From an uncultured bacterium (lineage in GTDB: Bacteria; Babelota; Babeliae; Babelales; Babelaceae), in assembly GCA_963713855.1 (NCBI GenBank), contig OY970209.1, positions 96,001-160,000 on the forward strand: a stretch of 64,000 nt of DNA. Direction: 5' to 3'. Made by a program: the position numbers and the translations under genes. Positions 10,112-19,617 of the stretch are shown piece after piece (the stretch's first letter is position 1; each line of letters opens with the position of its first letter). The notes beneath the pieces are model-generated. The model was not told where the DNA came from and made no database searches. It worked only from the letters and a program-made list of their open reading frames with translations.

Positions 10112-11328
10112 GTTGTCAACCTTCCTAAAGCTTTAATAAGCTTAGAAACCTCTTCATGAGTTGAATAGAGATAAAAGCTTGCGCGAACGGAGGCCACAAT
10201 ACCACGTTTTCTATGAACTTCTTGAGCGCACTGCATACCGGCACGCACAGCAATACCCTCGGTATCCAAAAATGCCGCAACATCATGGGGATGTATTCCA
10301 TCCAGCGTAAAACTGACAAGATGGTCTTCATTCGCATCACTTAGCGGACCGAGAATCTGGGCACGAGGGAGCTTTAAGAGGGCCTCTTTTAACTCATTAC
10401 ATAAAGCACTTTCATGCTTTTTCAACCAAGCAAAATCGATTTGTTCTAAATATTCTAACGCTTTTCCATAAGCAATCACTTGAGCAGCACTTTGAGTGCC
10501 CGCTTCGTAAAGTCGGGGAAAGGGCTCGAACTGCATGCCTTGCTCTGACCACGAAGCAAGCATACCTCCACCAACTTGATGAGGATAGAGCTCGCTATGA
10601 AGTTTTGAAGACACATATAATATCCCCACGCCCTGTGGACCGAGCATCTTATGAGCAGAAAAGACCATAAAATCACACTTAAGGTCTGCAACATCAATCC
10701 TCTTATGGGGAACAAGTTGTGCAGCGTCGATAAGAACACGTGCTCCAACAGCGTGGACCATTTTAGTGACCTGCGTTAAAAATGAAACAGTGTCTTGGGC
10801 AATTGCTCCCAAGACATTAGAATATCCGGTTACGGCCAGAAGCTTCGTTTTAGGAGTTAGCAGTTTAGAAAGTTCAGAAAGAGCCAAATGACCTTCGTCA
10901 TTAAAGTCCCACCAACGTATAACGAGTTTTTTTTCTTGGGATAACAAAAGCCAAGGAAAGCTATTAGCTGAATGCTCAAGGCGTGAAAGTATGATCTCGT
11001 CACCTTCGCGCAACGCATGGGCAGCCCAACCAGAAGCTACAATGTTTATACTTTCTGTAGCGCTTTTGGTAAAAACAATTTCTTCGGGAAGCGCATTAAT
11101 AAACCGAGCGCATCTTTGACGAACATCTTCATACCGCTTTGTCGCTTTTTCTGCCAAAAAATACATACTTCGTTGCGTCGAAGCGTATTCATAGGCATAA
11201 AAATCATAAAGCTCGCGAATCACGCTTTCAGGTTTTTGGCTCGTTGTGGCGCTATCAAGATAAGCACAATGGGGATGCTTTTTAAAAAAAGGAAAGTCAC
11301 TGCGATAGGGATTCATACGAAAAACCAT
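10108..11328 (-). CDS. sufS: Cysteine desulfurase, SufS type
   Basis: YLDSATTSQKP, EHSAN, DAAQ, SAHKMLGP (PLP lysine), RAGMQCA (catalytic Cys). Confidence 0.93.
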   Translation of the reverse strand: MVFRMNPYRSDFPFFKKHPHCAYLDSATTSQKPESVIRELYDFYAYEYASTQRSMYFLAEKATKRYEDVRQRCARFINALPEEIVFTKSATESINIVASGWAAHALREGDEIILSRLEHSANSFPWLLLSQEKKLVIRWWDFNDEGHLALSELSKLLTPKTKLLAVTGYSNVLGAIAQDTVSFLTQVTKMVHAVGARVLIDAAQLVPHKRIDVADLKCDFMVFSAHKMLGPQGVGILYVSSKLHSELYPHQVGGGMLASWSEQGMQFEPFPRLYEAGTQSAAQVIAYGKALEYLEQIDFAWLKKHESALCNELKEALLKLPRAQILGPLSDANEDHLVSFTLDGIHPHDVAAFLDTEGIAVRAGMQCAQEVHRKRGIVASVRASFYLYSTHEEVSKLIKALGRLTT

Positions 11329-12477
11329 TTATATGGCACGAGCAACCTCGGCAATAGACGTAATACCGCTTTCTATCTTATCGACAGCATCATGATGTAA
11401 ACTCAGCATACCATCTTTGAGCGCAGCATCATAGAGCCTATCGTGCAAAGCGTGCTTACTTAGCTCATAACGTAATGAAGGAGAAACTAATAGTATTTCA
11501 AAAATACCAGTCCGTCCCTTGTATCCACGCCCATAGCATTGGCTACACCCTTTAGCCCCATACGATTGCTTGACCTCTATGCGCAAATATGAAAGCACGG
11601 CTTTTTCAAGATCGGTAAGAAAAGTACTCATTTCTCTACAATTCGAGCATAATACTCTCACTAATCGCTGAGCAAGTATGCAAGTAACTGTCGCGTTTAT
11701 TAGGTAGGCCGGTACACCCATATCAAGAAGACGAATAAGAACGCTAGGCGCATCGTGAGTGTGTAGGGTGCTTAAAACAAGATGGCCTGTAAGCCCGGCT
11801 TGTAAAGCCACTTCGGCAGTTTCTGTATCACGTATTTCACCAACCATAATAATATCTGGGTCCTGCCGTAAAAGCGCGCGTATACCACGAGCAAAGGTAA
11901 AGCCAATCTCGGGGTGAATCTGTCCTTGCGTTACTCCCTCTATCGTATATTCTATAGGATCTTCAAGCGTTACAATATTTTTTTCAGCTGTTTTTAAAGC
12001 ATTTAAAAGAGCATAAAGAGTCGTCGTTTTTCCCGAGCCCGTAGGCCCGCAAACAAGAAAAAAACCAGTAGCTCTCATTAATTGTGAACTTAAGAGCGTG
12101 TACGCTCTTAAAGATAGGCCGAGTTCGGCTAGACTTTTAGCACCGCTAGAACGCTCCAGGATACGTATAACAACTTTTTCACCATATAAGCAGGGAAATG
12201 TAGCAACGCGTAAATCGAATACGCTGCCCTGCTTTTCATAAGAAAATTTACCGTCCTGGGGTAACCTTTTTTCAGCCGTATCTAAATATGAAAGCACTTT
12301 AATCCGAGCCACAATTTGTGAGGCCGCTTCAACCGGATACGAAATAGCTGCATACAAAAGACCATCGATTCTAAAACGAGCTTCAAGTCTCTGTAAGCCA
12401 GGCTCAAGATGAATATCCGAAGAGCGACTGGACAGAGCTTTATTGATGAGCTCATCCACAATCTCTATAGCAGACAT
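11329..12477 (-). CDS. GspE/PilB-family secretion ATPase (short, no N-terminal domain)
   Basis: SDIHLEP, GPTGSGKTT, LEDPIE, LRQDPD..GEIRD, TGHLV, CxxC zinc motif. Confidence 0.92.
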   Translation of the reverse strand: MSAIEIVDELINKALSSRSSDIHLEPGLQRLEARFRIDGLLYAAISYPVEAASQIVARIKVLSYLDTAEKRLPQDGKFSYEKQGSVFDLRVATFPCLYGEKVVIRILERSSGAKSLAELGLSLRAYTLLSSQLMRATGFFLVCGPTGSGKTTTLYALLNALKTAEKNIVTLEDPIEYTIEGVTQGQIHPEIGFTFARGIRALLRQDPDIIMVGEIRDTETAEVALQAGLTGHLVLSTLHTHDAPSVLIRLLDMGVPAYLINATVTCILAQRLVRVLCSNCREMSTFLTDLEKAVLSYLRIEVKQSYGAKGCSQCYGRGYKGRTGIFEILLVSPSLRYELSKHALHDRLYDAALKDGMLSLHHDAVDKIESGITSIAEVARAI

Positions 12478-12490
12478 TCAATCACCCAAC

Positions 12491-12853
12491 TTAAAGGCCA
12501 ACTTTCCACCCTAAAAGAAATCCTATAAAGAATGCCACCACAGCTGGTACATGCTCCTGTGTCCATGCTTTAAGAAAAACGTTAAGCTCGGTCAGTGAAT
12601 TAAATGCTGGCATTCCTACAAAAGCATGCAGCTGCTCCTGATGAATACTTATGATATGAAGCGATTCTGCAAACCATAAAATACCCACGCTTACTAAAAG
12701 CCCAATAAGAAGATAGCGGCCTAAGCTTTTGAGTAAAAATCCTAAACCAAAACCGAGAGGACCAAAAATTACTATATCAGCAACATAAGGCGGATATCCC
12801 TCAAACTTGGTTACCAGTGAATTATACCAATCGACCGCTGCATGCTTTGCCAT
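12491..12853 (-). CDS. FUN14-family membrane protein
   Basis: GFGLGFLLK...hydrophobic helix...FFIGFLLGWK pattern typical of FUN14. Confidence 0.65.
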   Translation of the reverse strand: MAKHAAVDWYNSLVTKFEGYPPYVADIVIFGPLGFGLGFLLKSLGRYLLIGLLVSVGILWFAESLHIISIHQEQLHAFVGMPAFNSLTELNVFLKAWTQEHVPAVVAFFIGFLLGWKVGL

Positions 12854-12879
12854 AGACAGGAACTCCCTAAGAAAGTTAG

Positions 12880-12913
12880 AAAAAAGACGCTTAGATTAAG
12901 CGGCTAAGCGTCT
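12880..12913 (-). terminator. Intrinsic terminator after hup
   Basis: 10-bp stem AGACGCTTAG/CTAAGCGTCT followed by a T run on the minus strand. Confidence 0.7.
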
Positions 12914-12949
12914 CTTTCCTGTATACTGAACGTATTGTACGAACAATAC

Positions 12950-13228
12950 TTAATGAATTGAAACGAGGTCGCGTAAAGCTTTACCAGGTTTGAACTTTGC
13001 AACCTTTTTCGCAGGTATTTGCATCTTTTGCTTAGAAGCAGGATTGATACCCATTCTGCTTTTTCTCTTAGCAACGCTAAAAGTTCCAAAACCTGTCAAA
13101 ACCACCGATTTGCCACCTTTAAGCGTTTGACCAACCGTTTTGATAAACGATTCAATCGCTTTTTTGCAAGTAGCTTTTGGCAGCTTGGACATTTTGTGCA
13201 TCTGCTCGATTAATTTTGCTTTATTCAT
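12950..13228 (-). CDS. hup: DNA-binding protein HU
   Basis: MNKAKLI, GFGTF, R.GINP, FKPGKALRD. Confidence 0.95.
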   Translation of the reverse strand: MNKAKLIEQMHKMSKLPKATCKKAIESFIKTVGQTLKGGKSVVLTGFGTFSVAKRKSRMGINPASKQKMQIPAKKVAKFKPGKALRDLVSIH

Positions 13229-13268
13229 AGCAATAACCCTTTAGTCAACAAATGATACTCTGCTTCTC

Positions 13269-13353
13269 TGGTGCCGAGAGCCGGACTCGAACCGGCACGG
13301 AGTTACCCGAAGGATTTTAAGTCCTTTGCGTCTACCACTTCCGCCACCTCGGC
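13269..13353 (-). tRNA. tRNA-Leu(TAA)
   Basis: GCCGAGGTGGCGGAAGTGGTAGACGC...CTTAAAA...long variable arm...GTTCGAGTC...GGCACCA. Confidence 0.95.
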
Positions 13354-13360
13354 TTTTGCC

Positions 13361-13434
13361 TGGAGGCGGCACCCGGATTCGAACCGGGGATCAGGGTTTT
13401 GCAGACCCTTGCCTTACCACTTGGCTATGCCGCC
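13361..13434 (-). tRNA. tRNA-Cys(GCA)
   Basis: GGCGGCATAGCCAAGTGGTAAGGC...CTGCAAA...GTTCGAATCC...CCTCCA. Confidence 0.96.
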
Positions 13435-13960
13435 CAATCAATTATTTTATTCCGTAATACAGTCATTCCCGCTTTATCGGCATTTTCTATTTCATCTTTT
13501 AAGACTCTCAGACATCCATCAGCTTTACGTCTGCAGGTGCTCCATGAGGTGTTGCTGTCCGACATTTGCCAAATATCCTTCTTTAGCGGATCCCTCAAAG
13601 GAAATCCTTTCTGCTTCCATTCAGCTGTGCCGCCTTCATAAGCAAATACATCTAGAAAACCCATTTTTTGAAGTCTGACGGGCAGCTTCGGCACTGGCGC
13701 GCACATATAATTGGCGCAATAGACTACAATACGAGTTTCTTATTCCCAACCTTGAGGATGATTGTTCAAGCTTGTCAAAGGTACATTGATTGATCCCTTA
13801 ATATGAGCATCCGCATATGCAGCGAGGGACTCAAGAACATTGACCACCATTAGTCGTTGCTTTGCCTGGCTGATATCTTCTTGACTTCCCAACAACCAAA
13901 AGAATACAAAGACCAAACACAGCAAGCTGTAACTAAAGAACTAAAAATCCTCACAAGCAT
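13425..13960 (-). pseudogene. Rhodanese-like lipoprotein, disrupted (pseudogene or read errors)
   Basis: Pieces VVNVL..YADAHIKGSINVP, IVVYCANYMC and GF.DV.AYEGGTAEW; in-frame TAA at 13740-13742 plus several indels; lipobox-like FGC near the start. Confidence 0.7.
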
Positions 13961-14043
13961 TATACCTGCTGATATACGCTTTTGGTTGCTTACTTTATCA
14001 CAAATATATACATCTGCAAGTTTTTATTAGCAAATTTATTCTC

Positions 14044-14910
14044 CTATTTAACTTGCTGGAAGCATCGGCTCCAACGTATACGCTTCCAGAAGTCGATAGG
14101 ATGCTTAATAAGGTCAATGATCCACCAGTTTTCAGTACTATCAATAGACCACAACCTATAAACTATCCGTCCATGGATTAGTTTGCCGGGAAGACTACCA
14201 AAACTACGAGAGTCCGAACTATTGAGTCTGTTATCGCCCATAACAAAGTAGTCATCGGGACCAAGGTTGAGCTCAAAAATATCCTCCGCTTCACCAGTTG
14301 GTGTACCAGGATAACGCATAACCATTTTTCCGTCATGCGTCACAATAGCTGCGGGATTGATGCGATAAAAAGGCTGCTTATCCCAAGCATAAGAAGGATC
14401 GAATGAGCGCATATCAACATGCCCTTTTTGACCGTTTCTCCAAACACCGATCAATGGATACTTATTTAGGTACGGCTCTGAAAGCTTAGAACCATTAAGG
14501 TATACAACCGGTTTTCCATCTTCTATTCGGCCTTTGATATGATCACCCGGAATAGCGATAATCCGTTTTGTAAGATTGATAGGTCCCCATACATACCTTT
14601 GAAACCAGTTTTTTAACGGGTTAGTAGAATAACGAAATGAAGGGTCGTTAACGGTAATAATTTCGCCACGTAAAGGAGGCCTGAACCAATAGGTGAGCTT
14701 GTCGCCCAAAAAGCGCTCGCCTACCAACATGGTAGTTTCCATAGATCCTGTAGGCACTTGATAGAGGCCATAGATAAAGGTTCGTATGAGAAACGCTGCG
14801 AGAATCAGAATTAAGAACTGGTTTACGCTATGTATAAAACCGTGCAGACCGCTTTGCTGCTTTTTATGTGTATCTCGCTTTCTATCAAACATGTTTTCCT
14901 TTCTTTCCAA
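14044..14910 (-). CDS. lepB: Signal peptidase I
   Basis: PTGSMETT (catalytic Ser), TKRII (Lys), VMGDNR..SSDSR. Confidence 0.95.
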   Translation of the reverse strand: MERKENMFDRKRDTHKKQQSGLHGFIHSVNQFLILILAAFLIRTFIYGLYQVPTGSMETTMLVGERFLGDKLTYWFRPPLRGEIITVNDPSFRYSTNPLKNWFQRYVWGPINLTKRIIAIPGDHIKGRIEDGKPVVYLNGSKLSEPYLNKYPLIGVWRNGQKGHVDMRSFDPSYAWDKQPFYRINPAAIVTHDGKMVMRYPGTPTGEAEDIFELNLGPDDYFVMGDNRLNSSDSRSFGSLPGKLIHGRIVYRLWSIDSTENWWIIDLIKHPIDFWKRIRWSRCFQQVK

Positions 14911-15592
14911 TAAGCAACAAGAGTGGGTCTATAGGAACGTCTCCCAAAAAGACCTCAAAATGAAGGTGCGAACCATCTCCGCCTTTGCTCGGCCGCACAT
15001 GACCAGTATTTCCAACAGTACCAATAAGAGCATTCTTTGCAACAAAATCACCAGCTTTGACACTCATAGTATCAAGATGAGCATAGCGCGTTTTTGTCTG
15101 ACATGCATGGACTATAAGCACCATATTGCCATAACCTTTGTGGTAGAACGCTGTGATCACTTTACCCGAAGCTGCAGCTTTTACTGGTGTACCCCTTGCT
15201 GTTGCAAAATCGCAACCGGCATGAAAACCGATTTTACCGTCGGGATTTTTACGTGGTCCGAAATGCGAGCTAATCCGGAACTTACACGTCTCATCCAGAG
15301 GCCATGCAAAAAACTTTTCTTCTCGGAGCTCATTAATGCCCTTTCTTTTTATATTCTTATAATGAACAGCACTTTGTACTAAAGGGGTATTCTTTTTTGC
15401 CGGCAGCTCTTTTGGTGGATGAGGTCGATTATGTGCCGTAAGTGGCTTTTTTTGAACCTTTTTTGGCTTATTAACGCTAACCGATTCCTGTTGCTCATAC
15501 AGTTTTTTTAAAGAGCGCTCAAGATTTTTTTGTTGACCAAAAGCGATTGCCTCTTTTTTAATGTGCTCAGCCTGCCGATTTAAAACGAGCAA
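14885..15592 (-). CDS. M23 metallopeptidase (C-terminal part, probably continuous with 15601-15846)
   Basis: HAGCD (HxxxD), YGN, YAHL, HLHFE; TTG start without an obvious SD. Confidence 0.85.
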   Translation of the reverse strand: MLVLNRQAEHIKKEAIAFGQQKNLERSLKKLYEQQESVSVNKPKKVQKKPLTAHNRPHPPKELPAKKNTPLVQSAVHYKNIKRKGINELREEKFFAWPLDETCKFRISSHFGPRKNPDGKIGFHAGCDFATARGTPVKAAASGKVITAFYHKGYGNMVLIVHACQTKTRYAHLDTMSVKAGDFVAKNALIGTVGNTGHVRPSKGGDGSHLHFEVFLGDVPIDPLLLLIGKKGKHV

Positions 15593-15600
15593 TGAAGCTC

Positions 15601-15846
15601 TTACAGGATTACCTTTTTTTCTTCAGCCTCTGGCAAAGGTGCTTTAAGCTCTTGGTGGTTTTTACGCTTAAGTATTTGAAGACACGTTTGATAGTGGCTT
15701 TTTATGCGTATTAGTTCGTGAACTTGTTGACGAAAAAATCGGTATTCAACAACCAAGCAGACACTTACACACGTCATACTTATTACAAAAAGGAAGGCGA
15801 AAACCGAATATAACCAGCCAAAATCTTTTTTCATGCAAGTGCGCAA
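15601..15846 (-). CDS. TM plus coiled-coil ORF, probable N-terminal part of the M23 peptidase
   Basis: One TM helix then coiled coil; ends GAA AAA AAG GTA ATC CTG TAA; the -1 frame is open into the M23 ORF. Confidence 0.65.
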   Translation of the reverse strand: MRTCMKKDFGWLYSVFAFLFVISMTCVSVCLVVEYRFFRQQVHELIRIKSHYQTCLQILKRKNHQELKAPLPEAEEKKVIL

Positions 15847-16074
15847 AGCTCCTGTTTGCAGGTACTATCGATCTTTTCGAGTTATCCACTTAAAGCCGAT
15901 ACCGTCATAGAGTATCAAAAAAATAAATGGAGCACTAGAGATAGCACTCCAAACTCGAGGCCTCAGTATACCGCAAAAGAAAAAAGTTCCAAAATTTCTA
16001 AAGCTGCAAGCACAAGAAACATCGACAAAAAGCAAATATTTTGCTATTATTGCGATAGTACATTTTGAGGAATT

Positions 16075-16323
16075 TTGATGGTTATTGTAGTGCTACCTAC
16101 GGCTTTCCTGGCTCTTATAAGCCTAGGAGTAATGTTACTTGTTGGGCTATTGTGGAGCATCGGTTTTTGGCTTATTCTTGGCGTAGCGGTTGCAGCAGCA
16201 TGGATTTTGGGGTTTCCGCTCGTTCTATTAAGTGGCATTATAGTTGGAATTACGTGCATACCCATACCACTGCTAGTGCTTGCTATAGTTGGTATTTTCC
16301 TCATGCGAAAAAGGCGAAGTTAA
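16075..16323 (+). CDS. Small very hydrophobic membrane protein
   Basis: SD GAGGA; about 75 hydrophobic residues then a basic tail RKRRS. Confidence 0.55.
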   Translation: MMVIVVLPTAFLALISLGVMLLVGLLWSIGFWLILGVAVAAAWILGFPLVLLSGIIVGITCIPIPLLVLAIVGIFLMRKRRS

Positions 16324-17045
16324 TCCTTATTCCGCTCTAAAAACCATGCATACACTCTGTCTGAAAAACTTTGAATAGTATCTTGAGTCTGCCAATACAT
16401 AGGTTTTCCAATCGTTGCGCCAATCGGTTTTGGATAAAACCATACACTTCGCGGTGGACGTACGACGCCTGTATTATGTAAAAAAACTGGAATAACTGGA
16501 TAGTCAGTTTTTTGGGCAATAAGCGCAAAGCCCCTTAAAAAAGGATGTACGTTCCCATCCACGTATCGACCACCTTCTGGAAAAATGAGAAGATGGCAGC
16601 CATATTTTTGTGAACGAGCAATCCCATTTAGTAATGCTTTGCCTGCTTTTATAGGATTTTCCGGGTCAACAAAGATACCCATCCTTTTTGCAAAAAATCC
16701 CAAAAGTGGCGTTGAACGCAATGATTCTATAACATACCAAATATGGGCATGTCCATTCATGAGAGAACCCAAAAGCGGTATATCAAGCGAAGATTCGTGA
16801 TTAGCAACAAAAATGGTAGGCCGGTCAAGAAGATTGTCACTTCCCGTCACTGTTATCTTCACCCCTAACGTATATAAAAACCCTTTATACGTTTTATGTA
16901 AAAACCAAAAAAGAAGTTTGTTGTAACGATACCGTTCAGGTAAGAAAGAAAGAAAAAGGCACGGCACAAAAAAAATGAGCATCATGAGCACCATTGCTAG
17001 ATAAATGGCTATAACGCGAAAAAAACTAAGGGCACCTTTAAGCAT
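16320..17045 (-). CDS. plsC: 1-acyl-sn-glycerol-3-phosphate acyltransferase
   Basis: NHESSLD (HX4D), FPEGGR, VIPV. Confidence 0.9.
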   Translation of the reverse strand: MLKGALSFFRVIAIYLAMVLMMLIFFVPCLFLSFLPERYRYNKLLFWFLHKTYKGFLYTLGVKITVTGSDNLLDRPTIFVANHESSLDIPLLGSLMNGHAHIWYVIESLRSTPLLGFFAKRMGIFVDPENPIKAGKALLNGIARSQKYGCHLLIFPEGGRYVDGNVHPFLRGFALIAQKTDYPVIPVFLHNTGVVRPPRSVWFYPKPIGATIGKPMYWQTQDTIQSFSDRVYAWFLERNKD

Positions 17046-17715
17046 AATAGATGCCCTCTTGATAGACTCTGCGAAGATACAAAGTGGTTAGAGCACCTGC
17101 ATAAAAGGGAAGATACAAAAGGCTTGCAAGCACAAACAAAAACGTATTTTCAACACCCAAAAAACTCAAAAGCACTATAATAAGCCATGAGCTGAATACC
17201 CTAAAAGCCTCTACAAGAACGATGGCAGGGTAATTATAGAGTAAAAAATAGGCAGCGTGATGCAGTGCTTTAAGGTACGCTTTAAATTGAAACGATGCAT
17301 CAGCTAAAAAAAGGAGCAGTAAGCTCAAAAAAGCAAATCCATGAGCTTTTAAAACAAGCATTCCCGGCCACATAAAGTCGGAGGTGCTCGTGATAAATGG
17401 CATAATCAAAATCGCATAAGGCGCGAGAAAGAAGAATGATTTGATAATAAAATAGGACATGCTTTTAGGAGCTATAGAGGAACGGGCGGCAAGAAAAAGG
17501 ATACACAAAAAAGCCCCGTAAAAAAATAATCCCCCCCAGCTCAACCATGCTGCAACAAGAAAACCAAGCCATAACCAAGTCACTTTATTAAGAAGTACCG
17601 AAATGAGCTTATATCCAACTTTAAGCACGCTTACTAAAAAACTATGTAATTCGCTTCTTTTAAATAAAGCTAAAACGTCTTTCCAGGCAAGAATAATCTT
17701 AGAATGAGTCATCAC
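17038..17715 (-). CDS. Hypothetical integral membrane protein
   Basis: About six hydrophobic segments; overlaps the plsC start (operonic). Confidence 0.7.
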   Translation of the reverse strand: MMTHSKIILAWKDVLALFKRSELHSFLVSVLKVGYKLISVLLNKVTWLWLGFLVAAWLSWGGLFFYGAFLCILFLAARSSIAPKSMSYFIIKSFFFLAPYAILIMPFITSTSDFMWPGMLVLKAHGFAFLSLLLLFLADASFQFKAYLKALHHAAYFLLYNYPAIVLVEAFRVFSSWLIIVLLSFLGVENTFLFVLASLLYLPFYAGALTTLYLRRVYQEGIYYA

Positions 17716-17866
17716 CGCTTGTACCTCTTTTTGGCTCTAGTATACCAAGCAACGTTAGCTTCTTGAAAGATCCAATTTCATTTCTGACGACCAAAAAATT
17801 CTGATCCTGGGCTCGAAGGCTCGCCTAATCCAGGGTCTCATTGTTTACAATAGGGCAGAATGTCCA

Positions 17867-19501
17867 TCATTCTTTTCTTTGATAGCTTAGATAATCCCTA
17901 TTAATAAGCCCTAGCGAAACTAATGTTCCACGCCTATACATAATCAACCAGTCGCTCAAATTTCCCGGCACAGGAAAATCACGCTCTGTCGCAAGTAAGT
18001 TGGCTAAAGCTCTAGAAACAAACTCTTCTCTTTCGTGGTGCTCATACATTTCATTATTATCGAGAAATGTTCTGAGCATAAAGCAGATCTTTGTAAATAG
18101 GCAATTCAAGTCCTCGTGAGTTATAACGTTGTCTTCTTCTCTTTGCCCAGGATTAAGCATCGCCTGAAAGACACGATCTTCCCAGACTCTTTCGCTTCCC
18201 AAAAATCTTTCAAATTGATCCCGTTCTTCTACCGACAGTGACCTTATACTATAATGAAATTCTGGATGTGGCGCTGTTTCTCGAACTTCGTGAATCCGAT
18301 CTTTTTTTATAAAGACGAATTCGCCACCGCTATCAAAGCTTTCATCGAGATCTAGTCTCGTAGTATTCAGTCCAACAGGAGCTCCGTCTGATTGATCAAA
18401 TAACGGGTCAAATACCGTATCAAAGTTTTCTGTCTTTTCAGTTTCCTCCACATATCGCGCAATATCGGAAACTGCCATTTTATCAGCTGCTCTTTCGTTT
18501 CTTTGATTTTTTTGCTCAATAGAATCTTGTGCTTCTTTTTGTTCTTGCATAATACTGCGCAGGCGAATATTCTTATCCGACAAGCGCTCCAGACGGCGTG
18601 CTTTAGCAATAAAAACCTCCTCAATCGAACTGGAGTCACTTTCACAAATGTCATTTACTAGTTTATGCATATCTGTGGGAAAAAACTGAGCATAAGGCCT
18701 GAGTAACAAGACCAGATAGTGCAGTATAGTAAATTCCAGCTTGAGCAATTTAATGTATTTGTGCCTTATATCCTCCGACAGCAAAGTGTGATTTTGAGAA
18801 AGTAGCTGTCTATTCTTTGCCATGCGATCGTTGATTACAGCAGCTTGTACCGCTGCCGCGAATATGTTGGGGTAAAGATCAAAATACGTTCTTATTAATA
18901 TCTGCCAAGTGAACTGGGCAGCGGCAAGGTCCGACCTAATACCTGGAATTCTGATCAGCCCTTTTTTTTGCAAGACTTGCCGAAGCATTTTAAGCAACAG
19001 AGCACTATAAACAAAAACGTCTTTCAAGCTTTTCAAGCGAACAAGCATGAGGTGTCGTGGTACTTGCATTAGCAGATGATCTGTTAAAGGGTTATCTTGA
19101 AGCAACGCTCTAGCCCAACGCGGTAGTTTAATTTTTTTTATCTGCAAAAACAGCTCAGTATCATTTCGGCTTACCGTAGGCAAAATAATAGGCAACGATT
19201 GCGTCCTGAGAAAAGCTGCCACCTGCTCTGGCAATAATTCAAACTCAATCAGCCCAGGATCTGCATAAAGAGTTATCTCACCAGTCGCGTTAGCAAAGTC
19301 TACGCCACCAAAAGCCTCGCGCAATTCAATACTAACCTCTCCCTCGGGAATTTGCATTTCTGGATCCCTGGGAGCATTTAAGGAAAAAGCTTCATTTATT
19401 TTTCGAACCATCTGATCGACAGTAACTATGTTGCCACAAAATAAAGGCTCACAGAAAAAGCAAACTATACTGAATGTAAAAAAAATTATTTTCATTACCA
19501 A
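17867..19501 (-). CDS. Secreted hypothetical protein with central coiled coil
   Basis: 544-aa ORF, signal-like N-terminus, no known motif recognised. Confidence 0.7.
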   Translation of the reverse strand: MVMKIIFFTFSIVCFFCEPLFCGNIVTVDQMVRKINEAFSLNAPRDPEMQIPEGEVSIELREAFGGVDFANATGEITLYADPGLIEFELLPEQVAAFLRTQSLPIILPTVSRNDTELFLQIKKIKLPRWARALLQDNPLTDHLLMQVPRHLMLVRLKSLKDVFVYSALLLKMLRQVLQKKGLIRIPGIRSDLAAAQFTWQILIRTYFDLYPNIFAAAVQAAVINDRMAKNRQLLSQNHTLLSEDIRHKYIKLLKLEFTILHYLVLLLRPYAQFFPTDMHKLVNDICESDSSSIEEVFIAKARRLERLSDKNIRLRSIMQEQKEAQDSIEQKNQRNERAADKMAVSDIARYVEETEKTENFDTVFDPLFDQSDGAPVGLNTTRLDLDESFDSGGEFVFIKKDRIHEVRETAPHPEFHYSIRSLSVEERDQFERFLGSERVWEDRVFQAMLNPGQREEDNVITHEDLNCLFTKICFMLRTFLDNNEMYEHHEREEFVSRALANLLATERDFPVPGNLSDWLIMYRRGTLVSLGLINRDYLSYQRKE

Positions 19502-19617
19502 CCTTCAAACATAAAGCGCCCGCTTCGATGACAATGTCAAATCGAGAATTTTGTCTAAGTAATGTGATGCAATCGGATATATCATCTTTTAAAACTGTTG
19601 TTTTCCATTATGGTGGT

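Noticed and set aside
12491..12853. FUN14 protein as a mimic of the mitophagy receptor FUNDC1
   Set aside because: FUN14 proteins are widespread in prokaryotes and no eukaryote-specific N-terminal extension is present.
13271..13678. 135-aa plus-strand ORF
   Set aside because: Antisense shadow of tRNA-Leu, tRNA-Cys and the rhodanese gene.
13740..13742. In-frame TAA as stop-codon reassignment
   Set aside because: Isolated case in an indel-rich gene; TAA, TAG and TGA all end other genes normally.
14786..15382. 198-aa plus-strand ORF and other short antisense ORFs
   Set aside because: Entirely antisense to well-supported genes; no motifs or SD.
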